Positions 20,362 through 29,994 of a stretch of DNA of 53,737 bases are shown piece by piece (positions within the stretch are counted from its first letter, which is position 1; each line of letters begins with the position of its first letter). Where the stretch lies: assembly GCA_021108255.1 (NCBI GenBank), contig JAIORG010000230.1, positions 1-53,737 on the forward strand, in the 5' to 3' direction. The notes beneath the pieces were generated by a model, which saw nothing but the letters and a program-made list of their open reading frames with translations, was not told the origin of the DNA and did not search any database. The position numbers were made by a program, and so were the translations under genes. This DNA comes from Anaerolineales bacterium (GTDB lineage Bacteria > Chloroflexota > Anaerolineae > Anaerolineales > UBA11858).

Positions 20362-21351
20362 ATGAATAACAATCACAAAAAGAACGAAATAATTAAGGAA
20401 CGTTATAAAATCAAAGAGAATATCGGGCAAGGAGGAATGGGATGTGTCTACCTTGCAGAAGATCTTCGCTTAACGGGCAGATTGTGCGCATTAAAAGCAG
20501 TTAATTATGATCGAGACTTATCTGACGAGGTAATAAAACAGACCCGGGAACAATTTAGAAGAGAAGCGAATGTGCTGGCTAGACTTGATCATCCTAACCT
20601 GCCAAAAGTTTCTGATTTCTTTTCTGACGACGATAGAGATTACTTGGTGATGGATTATGTTCCAGGGAGAGATCTAAGGGAATTGATGCTTGAAGAAAAG
20701 AAAAAAGGAGTTTATTTAACAGAACGAATTGTATTAAACTGGGCAAGTCAAATTTCTGATGCACTCATTTACTTACATAGCCAATCTCCAATTATTCTCC
20801 ACCGTGATATTAAACCAAGTAATATTAAACTTACACCAAACGGCATTATAAAGTTAGTAGATTTTGGGTTGGTTAAGATTCTGATCTCAGGAGAGAAAAC
20901 GATAACCGTCGTGCAAGGGCACGGGTCTGCATACTATACTCCGTTGGAACAGTACGGAGGAGATACAGGACACACAGATCCAAGAAGTGATGTTTATTCT
21001 TTCGCAGCGACACTTTGCCATCTATTGACGAATAAAGCCCCTTCCGAGGCAAGGCAAAGATTTCTTGAACCAACCAAGGAACTTGACATAAGGGAATTTA
21101 ATAAAAACATAAGCCCAAGAACTGAAAGGGCAATAAAACTAGCGATGAAGGTTCACCCCGATGAGAGAATTCAGAGCGTTACTGAGTTTAAGGAAGCGCT
21201 TCTAGGGGATTGGAATCCAAGCCAAAATCCAAAAGCTGCGCTTCCGGCACCAAGTCTGAAGGATTTCGTCAAAGCTTCAGAAGAGCAAAAGCTCGCCTGG
21301 GTGGCTATGCTTCTGTTGGTGATAAGTATTTTTACAACACTAATGAGATAA
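20362..21351 (+). CDS. Hanks-type Ser/Thr protein kinase with C-terminal membrane anchor
   Basis: GQGGMG, ALK, HRDIKPSN, DFG, PLEQ, SDVYS; hydrophobic C-terminus. Confidence 0.94.
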   Translation: MNNNHKKNEIIKERYKIKENIGQGGMGCVYLAEDLRLTGRLCALKAVNYDRDLSDEVIKQTREQFRREANVLARLDHPNLPKVSDFFSDDDRDYLVMDYVPGRDLRELMLEEKKKGVYLTERIVLNWASQISDALIYLHSQSPIILHRDIKPSNIKLTPNGIIKLVDFGLVKILISGEKTITVVQGHGSAYYTPLEQYGGDTGHTDPRSDVYSFAATLCHLLTNKAPSEARQRFLEPTKELDIREFNKNISPRTERAIKLAMKVHPDERIQSVTEFKEALLGDWNPSQNPKAALPAPSLKDFVKASEEQKLAWVAMLLLVISIFTTLMR

Positions 21352-21354
21352 ACT

Positions 21355-24138
21355 TCAAGAAGAATAAAATCGTTGATAAAGGTAAGCTAACAACCAACCA
21401 AACAAAGATCCGATAAATACAGATAGTCCGATGCTCAGGGAGGAAGTATTAGTTGGCATTAGCAGGGACGCACCCGGTAAATCTAGCATCAAATAGTTAT
21501 AAACAAACAATCCTGAGATAAAAGAAGAAAATCCCCATTTTATTCCCCAGCGGACGATGCCAAGCATTGCGCCTGCCTGATAGGCTATCAGGGAAATCGT
21601 GACGATTATAACCAGCGAAATCATCCATAAGTGCCAGGAAGGCGTATCAATTAAGGGCGTGTCTGGCTGAGATGGTTCATCAGTTAAAAGTGGGAGTTCA
21701 GTGGGGGTCTGTGTAGGTTCAAGGATGACGGTTGCTGTAGTAGGGATTGTTGCGTTCTCGGTATTATTACCGAGAACATTAATCTCTACTGAGTGAGATT
21801 TCGCAAGGGAACTTTCTGCATGGATGGTAATGTTGTGACCGGTTTGAATCAGATAGCTGATTGCAGCTGATCCTTCTGTTGTAGTAACTTGAGGAAGGGA
21901 TGAGGTTTCGCCTTGGGAAGTGACGAAAAAAGTTAAAGGAGTTCCGTCTGGAACGGGATTGGCATTATGATCAAGGATTATTCCGGCGTGAAGCTCAATG
22001 AGATCCCCTACATGATAAATCGGAGATGCTGGAGTTGGAAGGGATGGTTCCAGCGTCGCTGTTAGCCCGGGGTTATCTCCGACATACAATGGAAAAATCC
22101 TGGTTGGATCAGGCGAAGTTGCTGATATCAAATCATAATTAATGCCTGGCACTGAGACCGGAAGCTTTCCAGTTATAGATGGGAATTCATTAAATAGAAT
22201 CCTTGCAGCAACATCAACCGAAGCAGGAAGTTTGTTATACAAACCAAAAAAGGCGGTGATCTTGGAGATGTTGGTGGCATCCAAATAATATGGAGCGCCA
22301 AGAGCAAAGACAACTAAGTTTTTATCCCGTAGCAGATCTTGGCGTTCAGCCAGGAGTCTAGTGAGAGCGAGAGAGTAAAGCCGTTCTTCGCGAACGCCAA
22401 GTGTTGTAACGATGATCCAGTCTGCATTATAAAGAGTGATGACCATCTCTTCCATTTCATCAGGAAAGTCAAGTAGGGTCGTCAATTCTTTAAATGAATA
22501 GGAAGTAATATTTGCGCGAACGAGCTGCCGACCGGAAAACGGACCATAAAGCCTGATAATTGCATCTTCTAGGGATTTTGTCCCTAGAGTAGGCAATTCA
22601 GGACAATCTTTGCAGATGGTTGCATGTTCAGTGTCGGAAAGAATTACAACCCGATCAGAAGACGTGGGAGGATTCTGAAGGACAGTAGTAAGTTCTGTGA
22701 TGGCAGGATTTATTAATGTTGCACTTTGCCTGGCGACGATTTCTGCAACGTCGCCTTTGCCAATGGATGATAAGTTGTTTTGGGACGTAAGAACTGAAGA
22801 GATATCAAAATTTGCGTAGATACCAAATTTTAGGGAAAGAATTCTAAGAACAGATTCGTCAACTCTGTTGGCAAAGTCCTGATCCTCATTGTATTTCTGG
22901 GCAAAAAAATCTAAAGTGGTAATTATTTCATGAAGGGGAATAGGTTTGTTTTCATCGCCAAAGTTACCAAGATATAAGATGTCATTGCCGGCGATAAAAG
23001 CATCAACAGATACCCGTCTGATGTTAAAAGATTCACCTGTGGGATCATATAATTTTTGCAGAGCTTGGCTGCCAAGATTGTCGCTGATGATTAAACCACC
23101 CGATTCTCGCCAAGCACCAAAAGGTTCCAGGTTCATTAGAAGCTCAAAGGCTTGTGGGTCTAGGCTAATTGGCCGCGTAGTTGAACGTATATTTCCCTGC
23201 AACCCCTGATAACGGATGTGGGAATTGAGAAGAGCGTCGACGGCAGATTCTGGAGAGGCCGCATTACCTGTAACAGAAAAGAAAGGTGCTAAATCTATTT
23301 GCTTTAGCTGTTCAAGAGATTTTCTAACAGTTGCAACCTCTTCTTCCGGTAAACGATCTGAGCTCCCTAATCCTGGGAAATATTTTCCGACAACAGCAAT
23401 TTGATCAAGGCTGCCTTTGTGCAATCCGCGTATATAGGCCTGTCCCAGTTTTCCAACCCAATAAGGATCTCCTCCAAAGGATCGGACACCTAAATCGCTT
23501 TGACCAGGAGACGGATCAGAAATAACATCCAGAGAGGGACCAAAAAGCATGTTAATGCCCAAGAATGAAAGTTCCCTTCCGACTTGCTCGCCAACGAGTT
23601 CTGCAAGATTCGGGTCCCATGTAGCGCCCAATGACATTTGGCTGGGAATGGGACTTAGTCCAAAGAGAATCTCAGAGTAGTCAGAGCGATTGCCTTCTTG
23701 AGAAAGACCGATAAACAAAGGGATATATGCTGGAGGTTGATTTTCAGGCGGAAGCGTATCCTCAATAGATCGATGCGAGTCATCATATTCCAGGAGTTGA
23801 AGATTGTTAACCAGCCCCCAGCAATCCTGGGGCATTTTATTTGGGTTTAAAAAATTATCATTGTCGCGATCTAAGATGACGCCGCCAATATGATAATTTG
23901 CGATCAGGTCGTAGATGGGCGATGCAGCGCTGGTGTCATTTCCGTTAAATGTAATTAAAAAGAGCTGACCTACTTTTTCTGCAGGAGTAAGAGATGCCAA
24001 TAAAATTTCTGCCTTGCTGAGAGATGTTTCTAAGGAGCTAGACGCGTGCGGAAAACCAAGAGGAGAAACAGAGGCGAAAAGGATGCTAGATAGCAAAAGG
24101 GTAAATAAGCTTTGATGAAGAAACTTGCGTATATTCAT
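21355..24138 (-). CDS. Secreted, C-terminally membrane-anchored GH3 (beta-N-acetylhexosaminidase-like) protein
   Basis: Signal peptide, EKVGQLF, SQEG, GINMLFGP, VRSFG, KYFPGLG, ISDNL, AGND, GKLPV, Pro/Thr-rich linker, about 3 C-terminal TM helices. Confidence 0.8.
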   Translation of the reverse strand: MNIRKFLHQSLFTLLLSSILFASVSPLGFPHASSSLETSLSKAEILLASLTPAEKVGQLFLITFNGNDTSAASPIYDLIANYHIGGVILDRDNDNFLNPNKMPQDCWGLVNNLQLLEYDDSHRSIEDTLPPENQPPAYIPLFIGLSQEGNRSDYSEILFGLSPIPSQMSLGATWDPNLAELVGEQVGRELSFLGINMLFGPSLDVISDPSPGQSDLGVRSFGGDPYWVGKLGQAYIRGLHKGSLDQIAVVGKYFPGLGSSDRLPEEEVATVRKSLEQLKQIDLAPFFSVTGNAASPESAVDALLNSHIRYQGLQGNIRSTTRPISLDPQAFELLMNLEPFGAWRESGGLIISDNLGSQALQKLYDPTGESFNIRRVSVDAFIAGNDILYLGNFGDENKPIPLHEIITTLDFFAQKYNEDQDFANRVDESVLRILSLKFGIYANFDISSVLTSQNNLSSIGKGDVAEIVARQSATLINPAITELTTVLQNPPTSSDRVVILSDTEHATICKDCPELPTLGTKSLEDAIIRLYGPFSGRQLVRANITSYSFKELTTLLDFPDEMEEMVITLYNADWIIVTTLGVREERLYSLALTRLLAERQDLLRDKNLVVFALGAPYYLDATNISKITAFFGLYNKLPASVDVAARILFNEFPSITGKLPVSVPGINYDLISATSPDPTRIFPLYVGDNPGLTATLEPSLPTPASPIYHVGDLIELHAGIILDHNANPVPDGTPLTFFVTSQGETSSLPQVTTTEGSAAISYLIQTGHNITIHAESSLAKSHSVEINVLGNNTENATIPTTATVILEPTQTPTELPLLTDEPSQPDTPLIDTPSWHLWMISLVIIVTISLIAYQAGAMLGIVRWGIKWGFSSFISGLFVYNYLMLDLPGASLLMPTNTSSLSIGLSVFIGSLFGWLLAYLYQRFYSS

Positions 24139-24201
24139 AAATTGATTATTTTTTGTTTATTGATTAAGTAAATTATAAAGTAAAAATACGACCATTTGTA
24201 T

Positions 24202-24966
24202 TCATAGTCTTGTGGGATTTTCATGAATAATTCGCCTGGCAAGCGCCGGGTCATCTGTAAAGAAACCATCTACTCCGAGATTAAGGGCAGTACGAATATC
24301 TCGGGGATGATTCAGCGTGTAAGAAAATACCAATTTTCCCTTAGATTGGAAAGATTTTATCCTTCTTGCGTTGAGATATGAAAAGGGCAGGTGGACAGTT
24401 TGGTACTCAAAGGGATGTAAGGAAAAATTTCTGAAAAACTCAATTGACAAAGAACTATGAAGCAGCAATCCCTTTTGTACATCTCGTAGAAGCTTTTCGA
24501 TTTTAAATAATGCATATGGATTAAAGGACGAAATGAGTATTTGGCCTGCTAGTCCGCTGTTCTCAATAAGTGGAGCAACCATAGCAGGCAGGTCATCAAA
24601 AGGGGTAGAGGTGTTTTTTAGTTCAATGTTATAAAAAGTGGATGCACCAAATCTTGAAAATACTTCCTCAAGCGTTGGTATTTTTTCGTCTGGGAAGCCT
24701 GGACCGTAGGAATTTCCGGCATTTAATGTTTTGAGGACATCCAAACTATGGTGCCTTACCCAGCCTGAGCTATCTGTGGTTCTATCAAGTGTGGAATCAT
24801 GCATTACGATTACTGACTTGTCTGAAGATAGCTGCACGTCAAATTCAATAGCATCCGAACCCTGGTCTAGTGCCAGTTGAAAGGCAGAAAAGGTGTTTTC
24901 CGGAGCATACTTGCTGGCACCCCGGTGAGCAATTATTACAGGACTGGGAAATAAATCTAACATCAA
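24202..24966 (-). CDS. Glycerophosphodiester phosphodiesterase
   Basis: IAHRGAS, PENT, IEFDVQ, MHDSTLDRTT, NIELK, FTDDP. Confidence 0.93.
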   Translation of the reverse strand: MMLDLFPSPVIIAHRGASKYAPENTFSAFQLALDQGSDAIEFDVQLSSDKSVIVMHDSTLDRTTDSSGWVRHHSLDVLKTLNAGNSYGPGFPDEKIPTLEEVFSRFGASTFYNIELKNTSTPFDDLPAMVAPLIENSGLAGQILISSFNPYALFKIEKLLRDVQKGLLLHSSLSIEFFRNFSLHPFEYQTVHLPFSYLNARRIKSFQSKGKLVFSYTLNHPRDIRTALNLGVDGFFTDDPALARRIIHENPTRL

Positions 24967-24983
24967 ATCAAAAGGAAATAATA

Positions 24984-26333
24984 TTAAAGATCCACAAAAA
25001 ATGCGTCAGCTGCCTGATCAATTAATTCGCGAGTCATTTCAGGCTTACAGCCGAGGAATTTTGATATATCAAGGATCTGATTGCAGATCTCTTTGGGGTG
25101 CGAACCCCTCAGATTGCGGTTTGGTTTAATGTACCAATTTTTAATAAGATAGGCAAGAATTTCTTCATTGAAGGGAATTTCCGCGGATTCGGCAACTGAA
25201 ATAAAGATGGATCTATATTCGTCAAAAGAAGGATCACCGACTCGAATTTTATGTCGTAACCGGCGCAAAAAAGCTTCGTCAACGAGATCTTTTGGAGGAA
25301 GGTTGGTTGAAAAAACAATCAACTCATTAAATGGAACTTCTACTTTTCGACCGGTATGAAGTGTCAGGTAATCAATCTGATTTTCGAGGGGTATTATCCA
25401 GCGGTTTAACAAATCAGTAGGACGTACCTGTTGTCTGCCAAAGTCATCTACGAGTAGTAAACCGCCAGCAGCCTTTACCTGGAAGGGGGCTTCGTAAAAT
25501 TTAGTGACAGGGTTAAAGACAAGGTCCAGGTCAGTCAAGGTCAATTCACCGCCTACAATAATAAAAGGCCTTTTGATTCGCACCCAACGAGGATCACGGC
25601 GCATGCCTGTTTTTAAAGTACCTGTGCCAGCCTCGGACACCGGTTTTTCAGGGATGATCTCATGGTTTACTGAATCGTATAATTTAACGACTTGCCCTTC
25701 AATATATAGCGCGTAAGGGATATACATACTCTCACGTAAGATCATTGAGCCGATTGCCCTGGCTATACTTGTTTTTCCGTTTCCAGGAGGTCCATAAATA
25801 AATACAGATGTACCGGAGTTGATAGCTGGCCCGACACGATTTATGATGTACTCTGAAAGAGTAAGTTCTGACAGGTACGATCTTAAGGCTCGGGGAGAGA
25901 CATTGAGCTTGCCTAGACTCTGTCTTCGTATCGCGCTGTTGTAATCAGCAAGGGTGACGGGAGCGGGACCAGCGTATTGACTGCGATCCATAGCTTCCCG
26001 GGCGCGGTTAATTCCTGCCTGGGTAATTCCATATTGATAGGAACCTTCACCAAGGCCCATTGTAGAAGCCTTCACTTCTATGAACTTCTCTCTCTTTAAT
26101 GATTCAGCAATTTTATCTACCAGGGAGGTGTAGGGTAAACAAATTTTTTCGGCCAGTTCATAACCGGTAAGATAGCCCTGGAAATAGAGAATTTTTAAAG
26201 CTAAATCTTGCAGCCAGAGTTTAGATAATCCAGTATCACTGATCTGGACAATTGGGGGAGGACCAAATGGTTTTGTGCCTGTGTGTTGAAATTCTGCTTC
26301 CTGATTGCCAAATTGTGTTTTGGGAGGATTCAT
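24984..26333 (-). CDS. AAA+ ATPase of unknown function
   Basis: GPPGNGKT, LLVDDFGRQ, FSTN, AFLRRL (Arg finger); N-terminal wHTH-like segment. Confidence 0.8.
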   Translation of the reverse strand: MNPPKTQFGNQEAEFQHTGTKPFGPPPIVQISDTGLSKLWLQDLALKILYFQGYLTGYELAEKICLPYTSLVDKIAESLKREKFIEVKASTMGLGEGSYQYGITQAGINRAREAMDRSQYAGPAPVTLADYNSAIRRQSLGKLNVSPRALRSYLSELTLSEYIINRVGPAINSGTSVFIYGPPGNGKTSIARAIGSMILRESMYIPYALYIEGQVVKLYDSVNHEIIPEKPVSEAGTGTLKTGMRRDPRWVRIKRPFIIVGGELTLTDLDLVFNPVTKFYEAPFQVKAAGGLLLVDDFGRQQVRPTDLLNRWIIPLENQIDYLTLHTGRKVEVPFNELIVFSTNLPPKDLVDEAFLRRLRHKIRVGDPSFDEYRSIFISVAESAEIPFNEEILAYLIKNWYIKPNRNLRGSHPKEICNQILDISKFLGCKPEMTRELIDQAADAFFVDL

Positions 26334-26451
26334 GGGGTAACTCCGGTATGCGGATATATGATTTCAAATACAGTATAATTAGCTAAAATTAACCATCCAA
26401 ATTATAGCATGCCTTAGGCAAGCTTGGTTAGATAATACCAAAGAGGTAAAC

Positions 26452-27135
26452 ATGAAACTATCTGTTATTATCCCAATTTACAACGAAAAGGATACCCTTG
26501 AGGAGATAATTTCTAGGGTTCAGGCTACGGGAATACCAGATGAACTTGTTCTAATTGATGATGGGTCAATTGACGGAACTGTAGATATTGTCAAAAAATT
26601 TGAAGGAAAGGAAGGATTTAAAGTAAGACTGCTTCAGAAAAACCAGGGTAAAGGCGCAGCTGTACGCAGTGGATTAAATATAGCGACTGGAGATGTTTTA
26701 TTAATCCAAGATGCAGATCTTGAGTACGATCCCCGAGATTACCCCGCTTTGCTAAAGCCGATTGAGGAAGGTTTAGCAGATGTGGTATATGGATCAAGGT
26801 TTTTGGGTGGTTCAAGAAGAGTGACCATGTTCTGGCATATGGTCGCAAATAAATTATTAACACTATTTACAAATATATTATATAACACCATACTAACTGA
26901 CATGGAGACCGGGTATAAAGTGTTTAAAAGGGAAGTGGTTAAGGATATGCCTCTTCATGCAAAGCGGTTTGAATTCGAACCTGAATTTACAGCAAAAATA
27001 CTCAAAAGAGATTATCGAATATTTGAAGTTCCAATTACTTTTAATCCAAGGGATTATGAAGAAGGAAAGAAAATTGGACTTAAAGATGCATTTGAAGCTA
27101 TTTGGGCTTTAATTAAGTATAGATTTGTAGACTGA
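26452..27135 (+). CDS. GT2 glycosyltransferase (polyprenol-phosphate glycosyltransferase-like)
   Basis: SVIIPIYNE, DDGSIDGT, NQGKGAA, QDADLEY, GSRF. Confidence 0.92.
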   Translation: MKLSVIIPIYNEKDTLEEIISRVQATGIPDELVLIDDGSIDGTVDIVKKFEGKEGFKVRLLQKNQGKGAAVRSGLNIATGDVLLIQDADLEYDPRDYPALLKPIEEGLADVVYGSRFLGGSRRVTMFWHMVANKLLTLFTNILYNTILTDMETGYKVFKREVVKDMPLHAKRFEFEPEFTAKILKRDYRIFEVPITFNPRDYEEGKKIGLKDAFEAIWALIKYRFVD

Positions 27136-27143
27136 GGTGAGAA

Positions 27144-28829
27144 TCAAGCGGATTTGAGGTCAAGGATTTTTAGTTGAAAAGTTTCAATGCCTCGGAATTC
27201 ATTTAGATCGAATTTGTAAACAGCGTCAAATCGGGGGGGCATGGATTCAGCAAGGTGCCCAAGACCGAAACCAATAGCATCCAGGGAGTAGTCTCCGTCG
27301 GTGACCATCATTTTAAGATGGGTTTTATCCTGTCCGATTACTTTTATCTTAATGGATGAGAGATTTTTTGTAAGAAATACTGCTTCAGGATTTTGGCAAC
27401 CTGTAGGTTCAAGATTTTCAAGTTCTGAATACAATTCGGTATTAAGCTGATCAAGGGAGACTTCAGCGTCAACGGTAATTGAGGGCTGGATTTCAAGGCT
27501 GGCAAGTTGTTCTTTTGCAAAGGTCATCATCCGCTTATTAAAATCAGCAAGATTGTTGTTGGAAATTGTAAACCCGGCAGCAAGCGAATGGCCTCCATAA
27601 CGGACCAATAAATCTTTGCATTGATCGAGGGCGGAGATGATATTAAATTCAGGGATACTACGACAAGAGGCAGTTGTAAGTTCGGGGCCGATATTCCCAA
27701 CAATTGAGGGTAAGTAGTATTTTCTTGTTAGAGATCCTGCTGCGATTCCTGCAACTCCTAGATGAAAATCTGGATCTAAAGCAATGAGAATAGAAGGGAG
27801 CTGATCGTCCATAGTAGCCAGGATATCTGCCTGCTTTTCGAGCTTTTTGCTGAGCTTTTTTCTTTTAAAATTTTGGATTTCTAAAATTTGTGCAAGTTTT
27901 CCGCATTTTGCTAAATCTGAAGAAAGAAGCAAATCGAGAGGAATATCAGCAGAACCTAGTCGACCAGAAGCATTCAAGCGGGGTCCTATTTGGAAGCTTA
28001 TATCAGAAGAGCGAATATTTTTTGAAACTAAATTGGCTGCACCGAGGAGTGAGGAAATTCCCTGGCGGCGGGAGGTGTTGAGAGACCCAAGTCCCTTGCG
28101 AACAAGGTATCTATTCTCGCCAATTAGAGGTACAACATCGGCAATTGAACCAATAGCAACCAAATCAAGATAATCCGCAGGAACAATTTCAGGAAAAAGA
28201 TTACTAAGAGCGGAAATTAATTTATAGGCGACACCGACGCCAGCAAGATTTTTACCAGGATAGGAGTCGGACGGTAGTTTGGGGTTCAGGATAGCCGCTG
28301 CGAGAGGAAGGGTATCTTCCGGTGTGTGATGATCAGTAATAATCACCTTCATTCCTAATGAGTTAGCGTATTTAACCTCTTCTACTGATCGAATGCCATT
28401 ATCAACAGTAATGACTAATTTAACTCCCCGGTCAAACAAAGAGGACAAAGCTGGTTTGTTAAGTCCATAACCTTCAGTGAGCCTGTCGGGAATGTAAGGG
28501 AAAACTTTATCGGTTATCTTCAATAAGGCCAACACCAATAATGCAGTACTAGTAATTCCATCAGCATCATAATCTCCGAAAACAGCGATAGACTCGCGAT
28601 TTTGGATGGAATCCTGGATTATTTTAATGGCATTTTCTGTGTGAAGAAGTTGTTGTGAAAAGTACCAATCCGGCTCTTTCGGCAGAAGGAAGGTTTTGGC
28701 ATCTTCCTCTGTGAAAAAATTGCGCTGAAATAATACAGAGCGGAAAGCAGATGAAAAACTTGCAAGTTCACGATCGATATTGATTGGTATTGGTTTGGGT
28801 TCAATCCAATCAAAAAGAGGTAGGGTCAT
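27144..28829 (-). CDS. recJ: Single-stranded DNA exonuclease RecJ (short form)
   Basis: GDYDADG, TVDNG, ITDHH, PRLNASGRL, YGGH, OB-fold tail. Confidence 0.93.
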   Translation of the reverse strand: MTLPLFDWIEPKPIPINIDRELASFSSAFRSVLFQRNFFTEEDAKTFLLPKEPDWYFSQQLLHTENAIKIIQDSIQNRESIAVFGDYDADGITSTALLVLALLKITDKVFPYIPDRLTEGYGLNKPALSSLFDRGVKLVITVDNGIRSVEEVKYANSLGMKVIITDHHTPEDTLPLAAAILNPKLPSDSYPGKNLAGVGVAYKLISALSNLFPEIVPADYLDLVAIGSIADVVPLIGENRYLVRKGLGSLNTSRRQGISSLLGAANLVSKNIRSSDISFQIGPRLNASGRLGSADIPLDLLLSSDLAKCGKLAQILEIQNFKRKKLSKKLEKQADILATMDDQLPSILIALDPDFHLGVAGIAAGSLTRKYYLPSIVGNIGPELTTASCRSIPEFNIISALDQCKDLLVRYGGHSLAAGFTISNNNLADFNKRMMTFAKEQLASLEIQPSITVDAEVSLDQLNTELYSELENLEPTGCQNPEAVFLTKNLSSIKIKVIGQDKTHLKMMVTDGDYSLDAIGFGLGHLAESMPPRFDAVYKFDLNEFRGIETFQLKILDLKSA

Positions 28830-28886
28830 CTAGGATAATTCCCGGTCTGGAGATGGTTGATAACAGGGCAATAAAATTACGGCAGA

Positions 28887-29825
28887 TTAACTAGCTGCGA
28901 TTTCACGAGATAATACTAAGGCCCCCATTAATCCGGAATCGTCGCCAAGCGCAGCTGGCAGTATTTGTAATTCGTCAAGATAAACATCTGAGATAACAGA
29001 TTCGGAGACAGATTTTCGGATAGGGTCAAAAAGAAGATCCCCGGCCATTGAAACACCACCGCCAATGATTATTAAGGAGGTATTAAAAATATGGAGAAGA
29101 TCTGCTATTGACAGGCCAATATACTTGCCAGCGCGTTCGTAAGCAGCGATGGCAAGTTCGTGACCTGTTTCTGCAGCGTCGCTGATATGTTTTGCTGTAA
29201 GTTCTCCTTCTGGAAAATGGTCAAGAAGGTCATCGTCTTCCAATCGAGATTTTACCCAGCGCACGATCGAAGGACCAGAAGCGATGGCTTCCAGGTGTCC
29301 TTCTTTTCCGCAGGAGCAGGTTGGGCCTTGTGGAATAACAGACATGTGCCCAACTTCCCCCGCAAAACCTGCATTGCCGGTTAAAAGTTTATTGTCAATG
29401 ATGATGCCGCCTCCAATTCCCGTGCTGATTGTGAGATAAATTAAATTGCTGTATCCTTGGCCTGCTCCAAATGACCACTCGCCATAAGCAGCTAAATTAG
29501 CGTCGTTGTTAATTGCCGAGGGTAGGTCAAAAGTTGAATGAAGAAATTCTTGAAGAGGAAAATAGCGCCACTCAGGAATATTTGGAGGTTCAACTACTAT
29601 GCCGTTCAGCGGGTCAAGGGGACCGGGGCACGCTGCAGCTATTGATTTAACATCGTAGTCTTCAGGCCAAACAGACTCGATCAGGTTGATGAGCCTGTCT
29701 TCTATAGGCATTCCCTCAGACCTGGTAGGAATTTGGTTGTAGTGAATTGGCTCATTACTTTTTGTAGTATAGGACCCAGCCCTCATTCGGGAAGCTCCTA
29801 TGTCAACAGCAATAGTGGAGTTCAT
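28887..29825 (-). CDS. ROK-family sugar kinase (glucokinase-like)
   Basis: VDIGAS, NDANLAAYGE, ISTGIGGG, GEVGH, CSCGKEGHLE. Confidence 0.9.
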   Translation of the reverse strand: MNSTIAVDIGASRMRAGSYTTKSNEPIHYNQIPTRSEGMPIEDRLINLIESVWPEDYDVKSIAAACPGPLDPLNGIVVEPPNIPEWRYFPLQEFLHSTFDLPSAINNDANLAAYGEWSFGAGQGYSNLIYLTISTGIGGGIIIDNKLLTGNAGFAGEVGHMSVIPQGPTCSCGKEGHLEAIASGPSIVRWVKSRLEDDDLLDHFPEGELTAKHISDAAETGHELAIAAYERAGKYIGLSIADLLHIFNTSLIIIGGGVSMAGDLLFDPIRKSVSESVISDVYLDELQILPAALGDDSGLMGALVLSREIAAS

Positions 29826-29994
29826 AATTAAAAGTATAGCACAGGAGAATACTATTTGATGGAAAAAGACAAATATACTTAATTTGTAATTTAATACATG
29901 TAAAATGTGAATAAGTAACTTGAATATCAGTGTTGACGGATTCCTTTTCGCTTGCTATGATTCAAGCGCTGGAATAGAACATGAACAAAAAATT

